From: Eledone cirrhosa
Lineage: Eukaryota
Reading direction: 5' to 3'
Assembly (NCBI GenBank): GCA_964016885.1
Contig: OZ024741.1
Span: 152,396,001-152,460,000, forward strand
Length of the DNA stretch: 64,000 nt
The notes under the pieces are model-generated. The model made no database searches, had not been told where the DNA came from, and saw nothing but the letters and a program-made list of their open reading frames with translations. Made by a program: the position numbers and the translations under genes. Numbering within the stretch: position 1 is the stretch's first letter; each line of letters opens with the position of its first letter. Shown here piece after piece: positions 53,168 through 64,000 of the stretch.

Positions 53168-54209
53168 GAATAATCGAGTATCGAAAAATCGGCGCACGAG
53201 TTCACGATAAACAAAATTCGAAATGAGCGGCAGAGGTCTCAATAATTCAGATAAATTAGAGCTATAACTATCGTTAAAATACCGTCACACATAGAACAAG
53301 TCTATAATCAACCGTACGACCGAAAAATTGCGATCTGGAAGATTCGGGACACTCAGAAAAAATATCAATAAATCAATAAATCAAATGAATGTAAAAAGCA
53401 TACCCGGACCCGCTAGAAAGATGGTAAATCTAGCTTCTTGGGTTTCTGTAAATCCTTAAACTGCCCCCTATCAGCTCACATAAAAATATATAAGACTTCT
53501 AGGAGCCAGCGGACGGGAATTTACTTCTTCAACGAGCTTTTGTCCGAACCAATGAAAAGGCATAACCCAGGCTGAGGAAACGCACATGGAATTCAGCAAG
53601 GGAGATAACCTCTATATCCGCAAAAAATATTTGGGAAAATGTGGAAATACACATATCGAATAAGAGTGCTCAATAGACATGTTAAAATAAACAGGAGCTA
53701 TTCATCATTTAATAGAATCGACAAAAAATGAAAAATAAAATTAACTGGTCAATAGCTAGGTCTAGAGCTAAATATAGTAGAATAATCGAGTATCGAAAAA
53801 TCGGCGCACGAGTTCACGATAAACAAAATTCGAAATGAGCGGCAGAGGGCTCAATAATTCAGATAAATCAGAGCTATAACTATCGTTAAAATACCGTCAC
53901 ACATAGAACAAGTCTATAATCAACCGTACGACCGAAAAATTGCGATCTGGAAGATTCGGGACACTCAGAAAAAATATCAATAAATCAATAAATCAAATGA
54001 ATGTAAAAAGCATACCCGGACCCGCTAGAAAGATGGTAAATCTAGCTTCTTGGGTTTCTGTAAATCCTTAAACTGCCCCCTATCAGCTCACATAAAAATA
54101 TATAAGACTTCTAGGAGCCAGCGGACGGGGATTTACTTCTTCAACGAGCTTTTGTCCGAACGAATGAAAAGGCATAACCCAGGCTGAGGAAACGCATATG
54201 GAATTCAGC

Positions 54210-54215
<6 letters not shown>
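53160..54215. repeat. 612-bp-period direct repeat (about 1.7 units)
   Basis: 53163-53602 is repeated almost identically at 53775-54214. Bounded on both sides by (TA)n. Confidence 0.93.
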
Positions 54216-54303
<88 letters not shown>

Positions 54304-54562
54304 GAGAGAGATAATTAGAGATATATGAAAAGTATATACACACTATCAAAAGTATATAAATATATAAATAAACATATGAACTTTTTTTTCAAATTACATG
54401 GGTTCGTTATTCTATACGTTTACCCAAAAGCCTGCTTTAAAACTAAAAATAAATCAGTCTGTCACAATAAAAACTCCCCGCTACAGAATTAGCACTGTTG
54501 CTAATGCCAAATCGTAAATATGGCGAATTTGTTTTTTCTTATTTGTCACATGTTTACATTAT

Positions 54563-54742
54563 TTGCAATATCGGTAGAGGGTCGGACACCATGATTTGCA
54601 GCAGAGAGTTACGGCCCTTTATGGTTTGAGTTCAAATCCCGCCGAGGTTAACTTTGCCTTTCATCCTTATGGGGTCGATAAAATAAAGTACCAGTAATAC
54701 ACTGTGATAATGGTTGGCCTTGTGCCAAAAGTAGAAACAATT
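54563..54742 (+). mobile_element. Family A SINE
   Basis: Near-complete copy with CpGs intact. Confidence 0.85.
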
Positions 54743-54934
54743 AATGAGTATTGGCTACTGAACTCAGATGCTGACATGAGTTATCTCCCCGAACTCGACC
54801 AGGGCTGAAAAGTACCTGATAACCTTTTATTTGGAGTATCATAAAAATGAATGAAAAACTTAAACAATAATCGATACTACTAAAATTCGACTGCAGAATA
54901 CTTAGAATAAATAAAGAAAAAAGCGAAGTAGAAA

Positions 54935-55412
54935 AAATTATGGAAAAGAGATGAAAAGACGGTAACTATTGTGGAAATGATCAGAGAAAATACTAAAAAA
55001 AAAATTAGGGAAAAGAGATGAAAAGACGGTAACTATTGTGGAAATGATCAGAGAAAATACTAGAAAAAAAATTAGGGAAAAGAGATGAAAAGACGGTAAC
55101 TATTGTGGAAATGATCAGAGAAAATACTAAAAAAAAAATTATGGAAAAGAGATGAAAAGACGGTAACTATTGTGGAAATGATCAGAGAAAATACTAAAAA
55201 AAAAATTAGGGAAAAGAGATGAAAAGACGGTAACTATTGTGGAAATGATCAGAGAAAATACTAAAAAAGAAATTATGGAAAAGAGATGAAAAGACGGTAA
55301 CTATTGTGGAAATGATCAGAGAAAATACTAAAAAAAAAATTAGGGAAAAGAGATGAAAAGACGGTAACTATTGCGGAAATGATCAGAGAAAATACTAAAA
55401 AAAAAAAAAAAA
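54935..55412. repeat. 67-bp minisatellite, 7 copies
   Basis: gaaaagagatgaaaagacggtaactattgtggaaatgatcagagaaaatactaaaaaaaaaattagg at 54943, 55010, 55077 and onward. Lies in the hAT subterminal region. Confidence 0.95.
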
Positions 55413-55685
55413 AGCTAGATAAATGCTAAATTCAAAATTTTCCTGCTAAATGCTGAGAAAAATGCTAGATTTAGCATTAAAAATTGCTTTGGCAACATTA
55501 ATCTCAGGAAATATTTGCTTTTCTAATAAAAGAAAGAAAAAATAAATAAATGACCCAGATATGTAGTTTCAACAAAGAGAAGTACAACCACCTTAATACT
55601 GACAATACACACTAACACTTTGAGCTGCATGAAATGTTTCTCCCCCCCCCCCCCATTTTACGGCGCAAAAACAATTGAAATGAAT

Positions 55686-55923
55686 ACCCACACCACTCCC
55701 ACTTATACCTAATTACATCATTTGACATTACTTTTCTATCTATCTCATAACAATTTAAACTATATTTATTTATTTATTCAATTTAAACGTCGGCATATAG
55801 CTAATAAGCTACGACAGACTAGGGGAAGTATCGAGTACTCCTTACAGTTATTAATCAAAAAGATCTAGTGAAACAAGTAATAAAAAAAATTAATATATAT
55901 ATATATATAAATATATATATATA

Positions 55924-55985
<62 letters not shown>

Positions 55986-56490
55986 TAAAAGGAAAAGAAA
56001 ATGCTGACAAATGTTTCCCAGTGAAAAATAGTTTAATTAGGAATAAGTATAAATTAGTAATAAGTATCGGTTAGTATTCAGTTTTAGTTTTAAGTTTTTA
56101 CCGGTTGCGCATTTCATTTCTAGTGCTTTTCAAAAATAATTTTGAGATAGAACGCCGGGTGCTCTATCTCAAAATTATTTCACTGGGAAAAATTTGTCAG
56201 CATTTTCTTTTCCTTTTACTAATATATATATATATATATATATATACAAATATATATATAAAATTAATTATATATATATATAATTAATTTTTTTATTACT
56301 TGTTTCACTAGATCTTTTTGATTAATAACTGTAAGGAGTACTCGATACTTCCCCTAGTCTGTCGTAGCTTATTAGCTATATGCCGACGTTTAAATTGAAT
56401 AAATAAATAAATATAGTTTAAATTGTTATGAGATAGATAGAAAAGTAATGTCAAATGATGTAATTAGGTATAAGTGAGTGTGGTGTGGGT
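55686..56490. repeat. Long inverted repeat (fold-back) with internal hairpin
   Basis: Arms 55686-56030 and 56176-56490 are near-identical reverse complements apart from (TA)n length. Internal 19-bp perfect stem at 56133-56151/56163-56181. Confidence 0.93.
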
Positions 56491-56502
56491 TAAAATTAAT
56501 TT

Positions 56503-56570
<68 letters not shown>

Positions 56571-58001
56571 AAATTATAAGGATTTATGAGTGAAGCTTTT
56601 ACAAGAGTTGCCTCCTTTGGAATATGTAAACAAAACCCCCAGAAATCTCTGTTCACGTCCTCTTTTCCAACGGGATCTCATTCGGGATATTTTGATTTTC
56701 ACGCTCGAAGAAAGGTAGTCCTTCACTGGCTACAACTGCAGTTTGAGCCTACCCTTTACACCTAAGGTAGCGTAATAAATATTTCAGGTGCACGATTCGC
56801 AATAAATAATTTACCCCTTTTTTATATATAGAGTGCTCTTTATATATAATAAATAATTTAGTTATATTATAGGGAGCGATCTCTTCCGTTTTTCCCCCCT
56901 TCATTCTCTCACAATATATGTATATATATGATAACTGCCACTTCTTTTCAGAAGACAGCCATCTCTTCAATGAATTCCCTACTATTATGAACCACCGCCA
57001 ATTGCAGGCTGCTGGCCAGTTTGTTGACTGAACAGACTTTGTTTAGGTCACCTTTCTAGACCCTGCCCATGTACTATGGATCAGCAGTACATCCCCCCAA
57101 AAGGGTTGTTCAGACGCTCAAGACTCCACCGAATCATGTTGCTGTTCAGGTTAACAGTGCAGCGACGTTAGGATAAGACTTGTAGCGGTTGTCTCCCTTG
57201 TTTGGGTTATCATCTAGACGGGAAGTAGAACCCTTTCTGCAACTTCCGGTCAGAACCCTATAAAACTAACAACTTTAGGTTCTCATTCTCTCATTGCCTT
57301 TTCGGCACCAGGTCAAGAGCCTCTCATTTGGCTCTGCCATTCATTTGGCCAACAGGCGCCTGGCCTTAGCCAGGCGTCCTCTGCCAGCCGCGTTTGTCTG
57401 GCAATCAAAACGGTAACTACTAACTTTGCTTCATTCTATCATCCTCATCTTTGACATGTCAACTATACTATCTACCATTGTTAATTAAATATTATACACA
57501 CAAACAATGTATTCCTTGTTACATTCATACAACCCAGTACTCTCGCTATAGACTCAAGCCACCCATGTGTAGATCTGTGACTGTGAGCTTCTAACTGGTC
57601 AAGTCTGTACACATTGCCACTCCTCGACCGCTATCAGACTAGTGAAGAAATATCTACACATAAAACTGGCAAAGCTACGTGCTTGTGTTACACACATAGC
57701 ACCCACTCAATCCCCGCTTTGTGTCCGGTGACAAGCCAAGGCAAGAAAACAAGACAGTTTGCGTTATTGTCATGGAGTTTAACCTCTCCATGAAGTGTAG
57801 CCGTACTCACCACGCTTGGCCAATTACAGGTTGCTGAAGCTATTTAACCAATAGTTAGGGTGGATGGCCGTTGACTCTGTGGAGTTCATCCACTCTTTGA
57901 TAGCTCTTGTTTTTGTGCTGCTGGGTTTCCACTTACCCTCCTCCCCTGAACAGTGTCTGGTGGGAAAACCGATTTAGTCGCCGACTACCTGACCATGAAA
58001 C

Positions 58002-58152
<151 letters not shown>

Positions 58153-58214
58153 GGTAATTTCGAAGGAAAAGCAAAGGAAAAGATAGTGCTCTATCTATAG
58201 AACAGAGCTATTTA

Positions 58215-58419
58215 ATTAGAAAGTGAACAACACAAAATATAACTACTCCATTACCAAAGGTTTCTGGATCCCAGACAATAATAATATACGTCTGGACAGA
58301 GATGTTATCAATAATAACATCTCTGCCTGATGACCGATCCAGACGTATATTATTATTGTCTGGGATCCAGAAACCTTTGGTAATGGAGTAGTTATATTAT
58401 GTGTTGTTCACTTTCTAAT
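58215..58419. repeat. Near-perfect ~80-bp-arm inverted repeat with internal hairpin
   Basis: attagaaagtgaacaacaca...tacgtctgga / tccagacgta...tgtgttgttcactttctaat. The spacer contains the hairpin cagagatgttat-caata-ataacatctctg. Confidence 0.93.
58315..58394 (+). ncRNA. Putative type I hammerhead ribozyme overlapping the right arm of the palindrome
   Basis: CTGATGA (58327), stem II GATCC-AGAC..GTCT-G-GGATC, GAAA, stem III ACC-TTT-GGT, GUA triplet. Stem I is imperfect (ctctgc/atggag). Confidence 0.5.
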
Positions 58420-58864
58420 ATATATGTATATATTCTCGGCTCCATACGTGAGCTAATTTTTAGTTCCATAAAACCGGCTGCTATTTTTAGCGGCTCGAGT
58501 ATGAGACAAGCTAGGCGCTGTGACACATGTGCGTTCAACAACACATTTCTCTCAGTCTTCTTAAGTATTTTGAAGTGAAACTTATCAATTTCTGGATACC
58601 CGCAGAAGAGCATAGGAATAGGAACTTTCACTTAATTGTTGCGAAACAAATTTAAAATTTAAAATTTGTCCAGGTATCACGGCTATTGCCAATATAGGTT
58701 TCTTTTTATTGATTTATTATTTTAAATCGAGACAGGCAAACCATATTATTTTAATTAGTATTTTTCAATCTAGCTAACTTGGTCATTTGCAATGCAAACA
58801 CATGTATACTTGTATCAGTGTTTATCCCTATCATATATTCATTTGTATTACACGGCTCGTGGTT

Positions 58865-58916
58865 GTCTTTCGCTGTTTGCTGATTTGAATATTCAAATCA
58901 GCAAACAGCGAAAGAC
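58865..58916. repeat. Perfect 52-bp palindrome with no spacer
   Basis: gtctttcgctgtttgctgatttgaat|attcaaatcagcaaacagcgaaagac. Confidence 0.97.
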
Positions 58917-59255
58917 GCCTTCCGGACTTGCCCGACAGACAACCTTTTCCCCCACCCCGGAAAAAAACCCCAGTTGATGGATGTGAATCCGAAATATATA
59001 GGGACTATTAAATCTCTCCCAAGGTAACTCTCTCTTGTGTTGTTATTTTTATTTTTATCCTTTTACTCTTCCCTCCATTCTACACATCTCACACATCTTA
59101 TACACACCACGCATCTCAACGTACACCCACTTACATCTCTCTCTCCACCACTGGACCTTGTTACCCGGAGATTTACCCATTTGCATTGTCGAGGCTTCCA
59201 AACGACTTATAGATATTTACTTATTGTTCCACAATGCTTCAAGCAAACTTCAATA

Positions 59256-59347
<92 letters not shown>

Positions 59348-59472
59348 TTATATATATATATATATTAAGGTTAATGTCTTCAATACATAAAAGTTGCTAC
59401 CTCCGGTTTCAAACGTTGCATGTATTATGCTAGATTGCGCTCTCTTCCCTTTATTTGTTCGATAGTATCTTG

Positions 59473-59547
<75 letters not shown>

Positions 59548-59548
<1 letters not shown>

Positions 59549-59856
59549 GTAGAAAATAATTGTAACCACAGTCGATGACTATAAATAATAGCTTAGAAGA
59601 TCGGGTAAAATACCTATAAACGAAAAAAAGTGGCCAGCCGCTGCTACGAAGAATCAAACTTTATACCTCTCAAATTCTGGCTGAATGCTTGTGGACATTG
59701 AAGGGTTTTTAGCTCAATGGAATTTGAAAGGTATGGATTTCGATACTTCGTAGAAGCTGCTGGCAACTTTTTTCGTCTATAGCGGTAGCTTACCTGATTT
59801 ATTAAAGCTATTATTTATAGCCAGTGACTGTGGTTACGGTATTTGAGATTTCTACA
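59548..59856. mobile_element. MITE-like element with long imperfect TIRs
   Basis: tgtagaaa..gtaaccacagtc..tataaataatagctt / aagctattatttatag..gactgtggttac..tttctaca. A related single arm lies at about 35745-35920. Both abut (TA)n. Confidence 0.7.
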
Positions 59857-60180
59857 CTTTCTAAAAATTTCAACTTACTTAATGCTCCGATTAAGATCAA
59901 TACTGCTGACTATATATATTTTTTCTTTGGTCTTTGCGGAATGAGGAGGACCGCTACGTCGGTCGAGGATGCACTGCACCACATTTTCATCCTCAATCCA
60001 AACGCACATATATATATATATACGCACGAAATAGTTTTGACTTCCACTTTTCATTCAATAATTTACTTTCATAAAATTCGCACATAATCTAAACTATAAT
60101 AAAGAAAGGAGTGCGGGACTGCGTCCAGAATATATATTTTTTTATCCCGTTTGTAAAATAAGTTGGATTACTTTGAATAA

Positions 60181-60368
60181 ATAATTGTTTCTACGTTAGG
60201 CACAAGGCCAGCAATTACTCAGTGCATTACTGGTACTTTATTTTATCGACCCCATAAGGATGAAAGGCAAAGTTAATCTTGGCGGGATTTGAACTCAGAA
60301 TGGCAAGGGCCGTAACTCTATACGTCAAAGCATGGCGTCCGACCTTCTACCAATACTGCCAATCCACC
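60181..60368 (-). mobile_element. Family A SINE
   Basis: Full-length reverse-complement copy followed by a partial second tail. Confidence 0.87.
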
Positions 60369-60929
60369 GAATAAATAATTGTTTCTACTATTGGCACAAG
60401 GCCAGCAATTACCCAGTACATTACTAATGAATGCTCGTGCATATAATTTCTTATAAACTTTATAATTTTTGTAAATTTTTAAAATTCATACAACCATTAT
60501 AAATGTTTATATCTGTTTATAACTTATATTCTTGTTTTTTTTTTTTTTATTATTTTATACAATTTATATAGGTCTGTACTTCTCTCTAGTAATTTAACAC
60601 TTTAAGTCTCCGCCATCACGCTAACCTGGTGTTCGGTTAATGTCTAATAGCACAGAGTTTAATACCCTATGATTGCTGTAGCAGAGATTTACTGGTTGTG
60701 ATTAATGAATGTCATTTTCTAAGGAGAGCAGTATCCCTGTCGCTACATAACACCCACCACCTCCACAGACCTACCAACCTACAATGCTTAGCATTAATGA
60801 TTGTAAGACATTCGGAGATGGTTTGCTGTTGCTTTAACACTGAATTGGCAAACCATATCCCAATCAAATCCGTCCTCTATTTTCTATTTTCTATTTCTGT
60901 TTGTGATCGACGTGGTCCTGTTGTCTTAG

Positions 60930-61430
60930 GGAGGTAGTTCTGCAATTAACACCCGAAGAGATCGCCTAAGTTTTGTGTCCTGGTCAGATGGTGGAGCTGG
61001 GCAATCGAAATATGTATAGTGTTTTTGCGCAATTAAAATTGTAAAGTAAATTTACAGTTTAGCCTTCTTTATCTATTTTGGACACTGTGTTACTTATGGC
61101 GGACTTTAGGGATTTTATAAATGTTATGGGGCCATTATTTCCTTCCCTCATGACTATGCTGCATAATATAGTAGACCAATAGATTCAGATCTTGAGAGCT
61201 ACGAGATCATATGTTTGCGATGACGTGATCGTGGGGCTTGTGACTCATTCACTGTTCCTTTGCTCAGAATTTCTATTCAAGGTCTCACAACCCTCTAGAA
61301 CACCTCCTTATAGTTCGCAGCTTTGACCTTAAGTCTCGAGGAAAGAACTGAAGAGGCATGACATCTCCCTTGCAGCTCATGACTTCAAGTAGAGAGTTAA
61401 GTGCGATTTCGAAGTTTCACCTATGGTTGG
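60930..61430 (-). mobile_element. Second fragment of the DD37D-like Tc1/mariner family (3' part)
   Basis: Minus strand aligns by eye with 38940-39160 (gctgcgaactataaggaggtgttctagagggttgtga) and continues into SSQDLNLLVYY, a decayed SPDLNPLDY motif. Confidence 0.68.
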
Positions 61431-61647
61431 ATTTTGAGAAGTATTACATTAAAACAAGTTTCTCATAAAATTTTATAAACTTTAATAAAAATGTCTTTCC
61501 CTTCGTATGGCTAATAAACGTGCTAGACATCAAAATACGAATTTTTGGAGAATAATGAGAATATAAATGTGAATACATATATAAGTGTGAGTGTCATGTT
61601 ATGTCTTGTTTCATTACTTCCGGTTCCACATTATTGGACCCGCAAGC

Positions 61648-61830
61648 GGTGGATTGGAAGTATCGGTAGAGGGTCGGACGCCATGCTTTCCAGCATAGTT
61701 ACGTCCCTTTACGATCTGAGTTCAAATCCCGCCGAGGTTGACTTTGCCTTTCATCCGGGGTCGATAAAATAAAGTACCAGTAATGCACTGGGTAATTGCT
61801 AGCCTTGTGCCTAAAGTAGAAACAATTATT
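61648..61830 (+). mobile_element. Family A SINE with target-site duplication
   Basis: Full copy flanked by the direct repeat attattggacccgcaagc on both sides. Confidence 0.88.
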
Positions 61831-62204
61831 GGACCCGCAAGCAAGCGTGATGTTTCGTGTTGCCTGGATACTGTATATATGTATCGAATGCATACATCAG
61901 TCATGAATGACCACGGGTTTGCACCAAGAAACTTCCCCTTCGAGGCACAATTCTGGGCCATATGGTTTTGTGTGAAACCAGCTGTCGTCCAGATACAAAT
62001 AAATAATTTATATATTTAAAAAAAAAGTGGGAGAATGCAAGCATTCTTAATTACATGCCACAACGTGCACTAGTTTCCGTCTATTTTTTTTTTGTTTTCT
62101 TTTTTTAGACAATCCAACACACTGCCGCGGGTAATAGCGAGGTTAAGGCGCTGAAATAACAAAGCACTCTCACCAGACACTTCAGTAAAGTAACAGTAAA
62201 GAAA

Positions 62205-62372
62205 CAGTCGATTAAATCGACTCCAGTACATGACTGGTACTTTATTTTATCGACCCCATAAGGATGAAAGGCAAAGTTAACCTCGGTGAGATTTGAACTC
62301 ACATCGTAAAAGCCGTAACTCTATCCTGCAAAGCATGGTGTCCGACGCTCTACCGATATTGCCAATCCACCG
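62205..62372 (-). mobile_element. Family A SINE
   Basis: Reverse-complement head and core. Confidence 0.82.
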
Positions 62373-62652
62373 CTCTAATTATCCTCACAATTAACGGCAG
62401 GTGTAATAATTAAAAAAATGCCCCCTGATATCCTGCCAAACTCACCATATGATCTCTCCAAAACAACGCCATGAGTCATTATCCACGATAGTGTGTAACC
62501 CACACCAACGTCAACCAAAACTGAAATTTCTTGTTGACACTTGAAATCTGCTGCAGAATAACAGCAAGGTGGGATTGTGAGTGGACGTTTGGTACAAGGA
62601 AACCCGGAAGCCTGTTACTGTTATAAACACATACACCACACACACATATGAA

Positions 62653-62780
<128 letters not shown>

Positions 62781-63199
62781 AGTGTTTGTATGTTCAGATC
62801 AATAAGAATACGATAACCGGTGTTCCCGAAGAAAAATACCTTGTGATGTGTTTGGTTCGAGAAACACAACACCCCATCCCACCATTACTTTCCTCATCGT
62901 AAATTCAGTGAAACATTGATTCACAAACTTTGTCATAAAATAAATATAAATATTTATTTCGTTGTTTACTATCCAGCACTGTTAATCTCTACATTATATT
63001 ACTATTATATAACTTCCCAACAATTCCTTCTTTACACCAACAAATATACAGTTTTGTATGTTTATTCATCGATTGGAGTATAATGACTGTTTTCCTACTG
63101 GTTATAGACGTGGACGTAGACGTGGCACTTCGCTATCGTGAGGCAGTATTCTATCCTTCTGTACGGCGTCATCATCATCAGTTAGATCAGATGTTAGCA

Positions 63200-64000
63200 A
63201 TAGGTGGACTATTGAGGTGTTCTCTGCAGGGTCTCGGGCCTTTTCAAATGTTTATATATGAAATATGATATAATATACATGTGGATCATTGAGTTGTTCT
63301 CTGTAGTGCCTTAGATCTTTTCAAATATTTATATGTAACGTATGATATAATGTACGTGTTGGCCATTGAGATGAACTCCGTAGGCCACAAACCTTTTCAA
63401 ATGTTTATATGATATAATATACATGTGGATCATTGAGTTGTTCTCTGTAGTGCCTTAGATCTTTTCAAATATTTATATGTTAACAAAAAAAGGGTCACGA
63501 ATGACCATGGGATTTGCACCTAGAAAGTTTTCCTCCGAGGCACAAGTCCAGGCAAGGTTGTTTGTGGAAGACCGATAGTCGCCCATGCATACCAGTCTCT
63601 CCTCTCCACGCCACCGATGAGGTCCAAGGGAAAGGCAATGGCCGAAACAGCTTGGCACCAGTGACGTCGCAACTCATTTCTACAGCTGAGTAAACTGGAA
63701 CAACGTGAAATAAAGTGTCTTGCTCAAGGACACAACGCATCATCCGGTCCGAGAATCGAACTCACAACCTTCCGATTGCAAGTCCAATGCTCTAACCACT
63801 AAGCCATGCGCCTTCATATGTAAGGTATGATATAATGTACGTGTTGGCCATTGAGATGAACTCCGTAGGCCACAAACCTTTTCAAATGTTTATATGATAT
63901 AATATACATGTGGATTATTGAGGTGTTCTTTGTAGTGCCTTAGATCTTTTCAAATAGTTATATGTAAGGTATGATATACATGTGGGACATTGAGGTGTTT
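63200..64000. repeat. Satellite with alternating ~70/75-bp subunits (about 144-bp dimer), interrupted by a SINE
   Basis: gtggatcattgagttgttctctgtagtgccttagatcttttcaaat alternates with gttggccattgagatgaactccgtaggccacaaaccttttcaaat. Runs off the window end. Confidence 0.88.
63492..63815 (-). mobile_element. Family B-headed SINE with a different 3' body
   Basis: Same tRNA head and CCTTGAGCAAGACAC core as 5091-5425, followed by an unrelated tail ending in T-rich sequence. Inserted into the satellite. Confidence 0.85.

Larger units (their letters stand above)
47807..55500 (-). mobile_element. hAT-superfamily DNA transposon with nested insertions
   Basis: TIRs TAGTGTTGCCAA (47807) and TTGGCAACATTA (ending 55500). 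Subterminal ATGCTA(A/G)A repeats at both ends. 8-bp flanks AACTCAAG / ATCTCAGG (6/8 match). Confidence 0.72.

Noticed and set aside
52445-53242. 265-aa ORF as a host gene
   Set aside because: A chimera of the 612-bp repeat, (TA)n and an RTE reverse-transcriptase remnant with a mutated catalytic motif.
54935-55412. CRISPR-like regular array
   Set aside because: The units are entirely repeated with no unique spacers, there are no cas genes, and the context is eukaryotic. It is a minisatellite.
56328-56350. Hammerhead-like CTGTAAG-GAGTACTC-GATAC in the long inverted repeat arm
   Set aside because: Both catalytic boxes deviate from CUGANGA and GAAA, so it is not supportable as a ribozyme.

Overview
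Eukaryotic, AT-rich, microsatellite- and SINE-saturated genomic DNA. The repeat landscape suggests a coleoid cephalopod such as Octopus (inference). The only host coding sequence I can support is the 5' end of a type II phosphatidylinositol 4-kinase (PI4K2/PI4KII) gene on the minus strand. It appears as TWO homologous but strongly diverged ATG-bearing coding exons about 36 kb apart (42959-43375 and 7093-7335). Each ends just after the kinase glycine-rich loop with a phase-0 GTAAGT donor, and I see no other PI4K2 exon between them or to the left. This suggests duplicated alternative first exons/promoters feeding a shared catalytic body outside the window. The rest is transposon debris: tRNA-headed SINEs, RTE, CR1-like and CRE-like LINE remnants, mariner and DD37D-type Tc1/mariner fossils, a 7.7-kb hAT element stuffed with nested insertions, a Helitron with both termini, TTAA piggyBac-type MITEs, several Penelope-type hammerhead ribozyme motifs, satellites, and an unusual concentration of fold-back palindromes embedded in (TA)n tracts. 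Almost all other ORFs in the track are microsatellite or repeat artefacts. All similarity calls are by eye; no searches were run.
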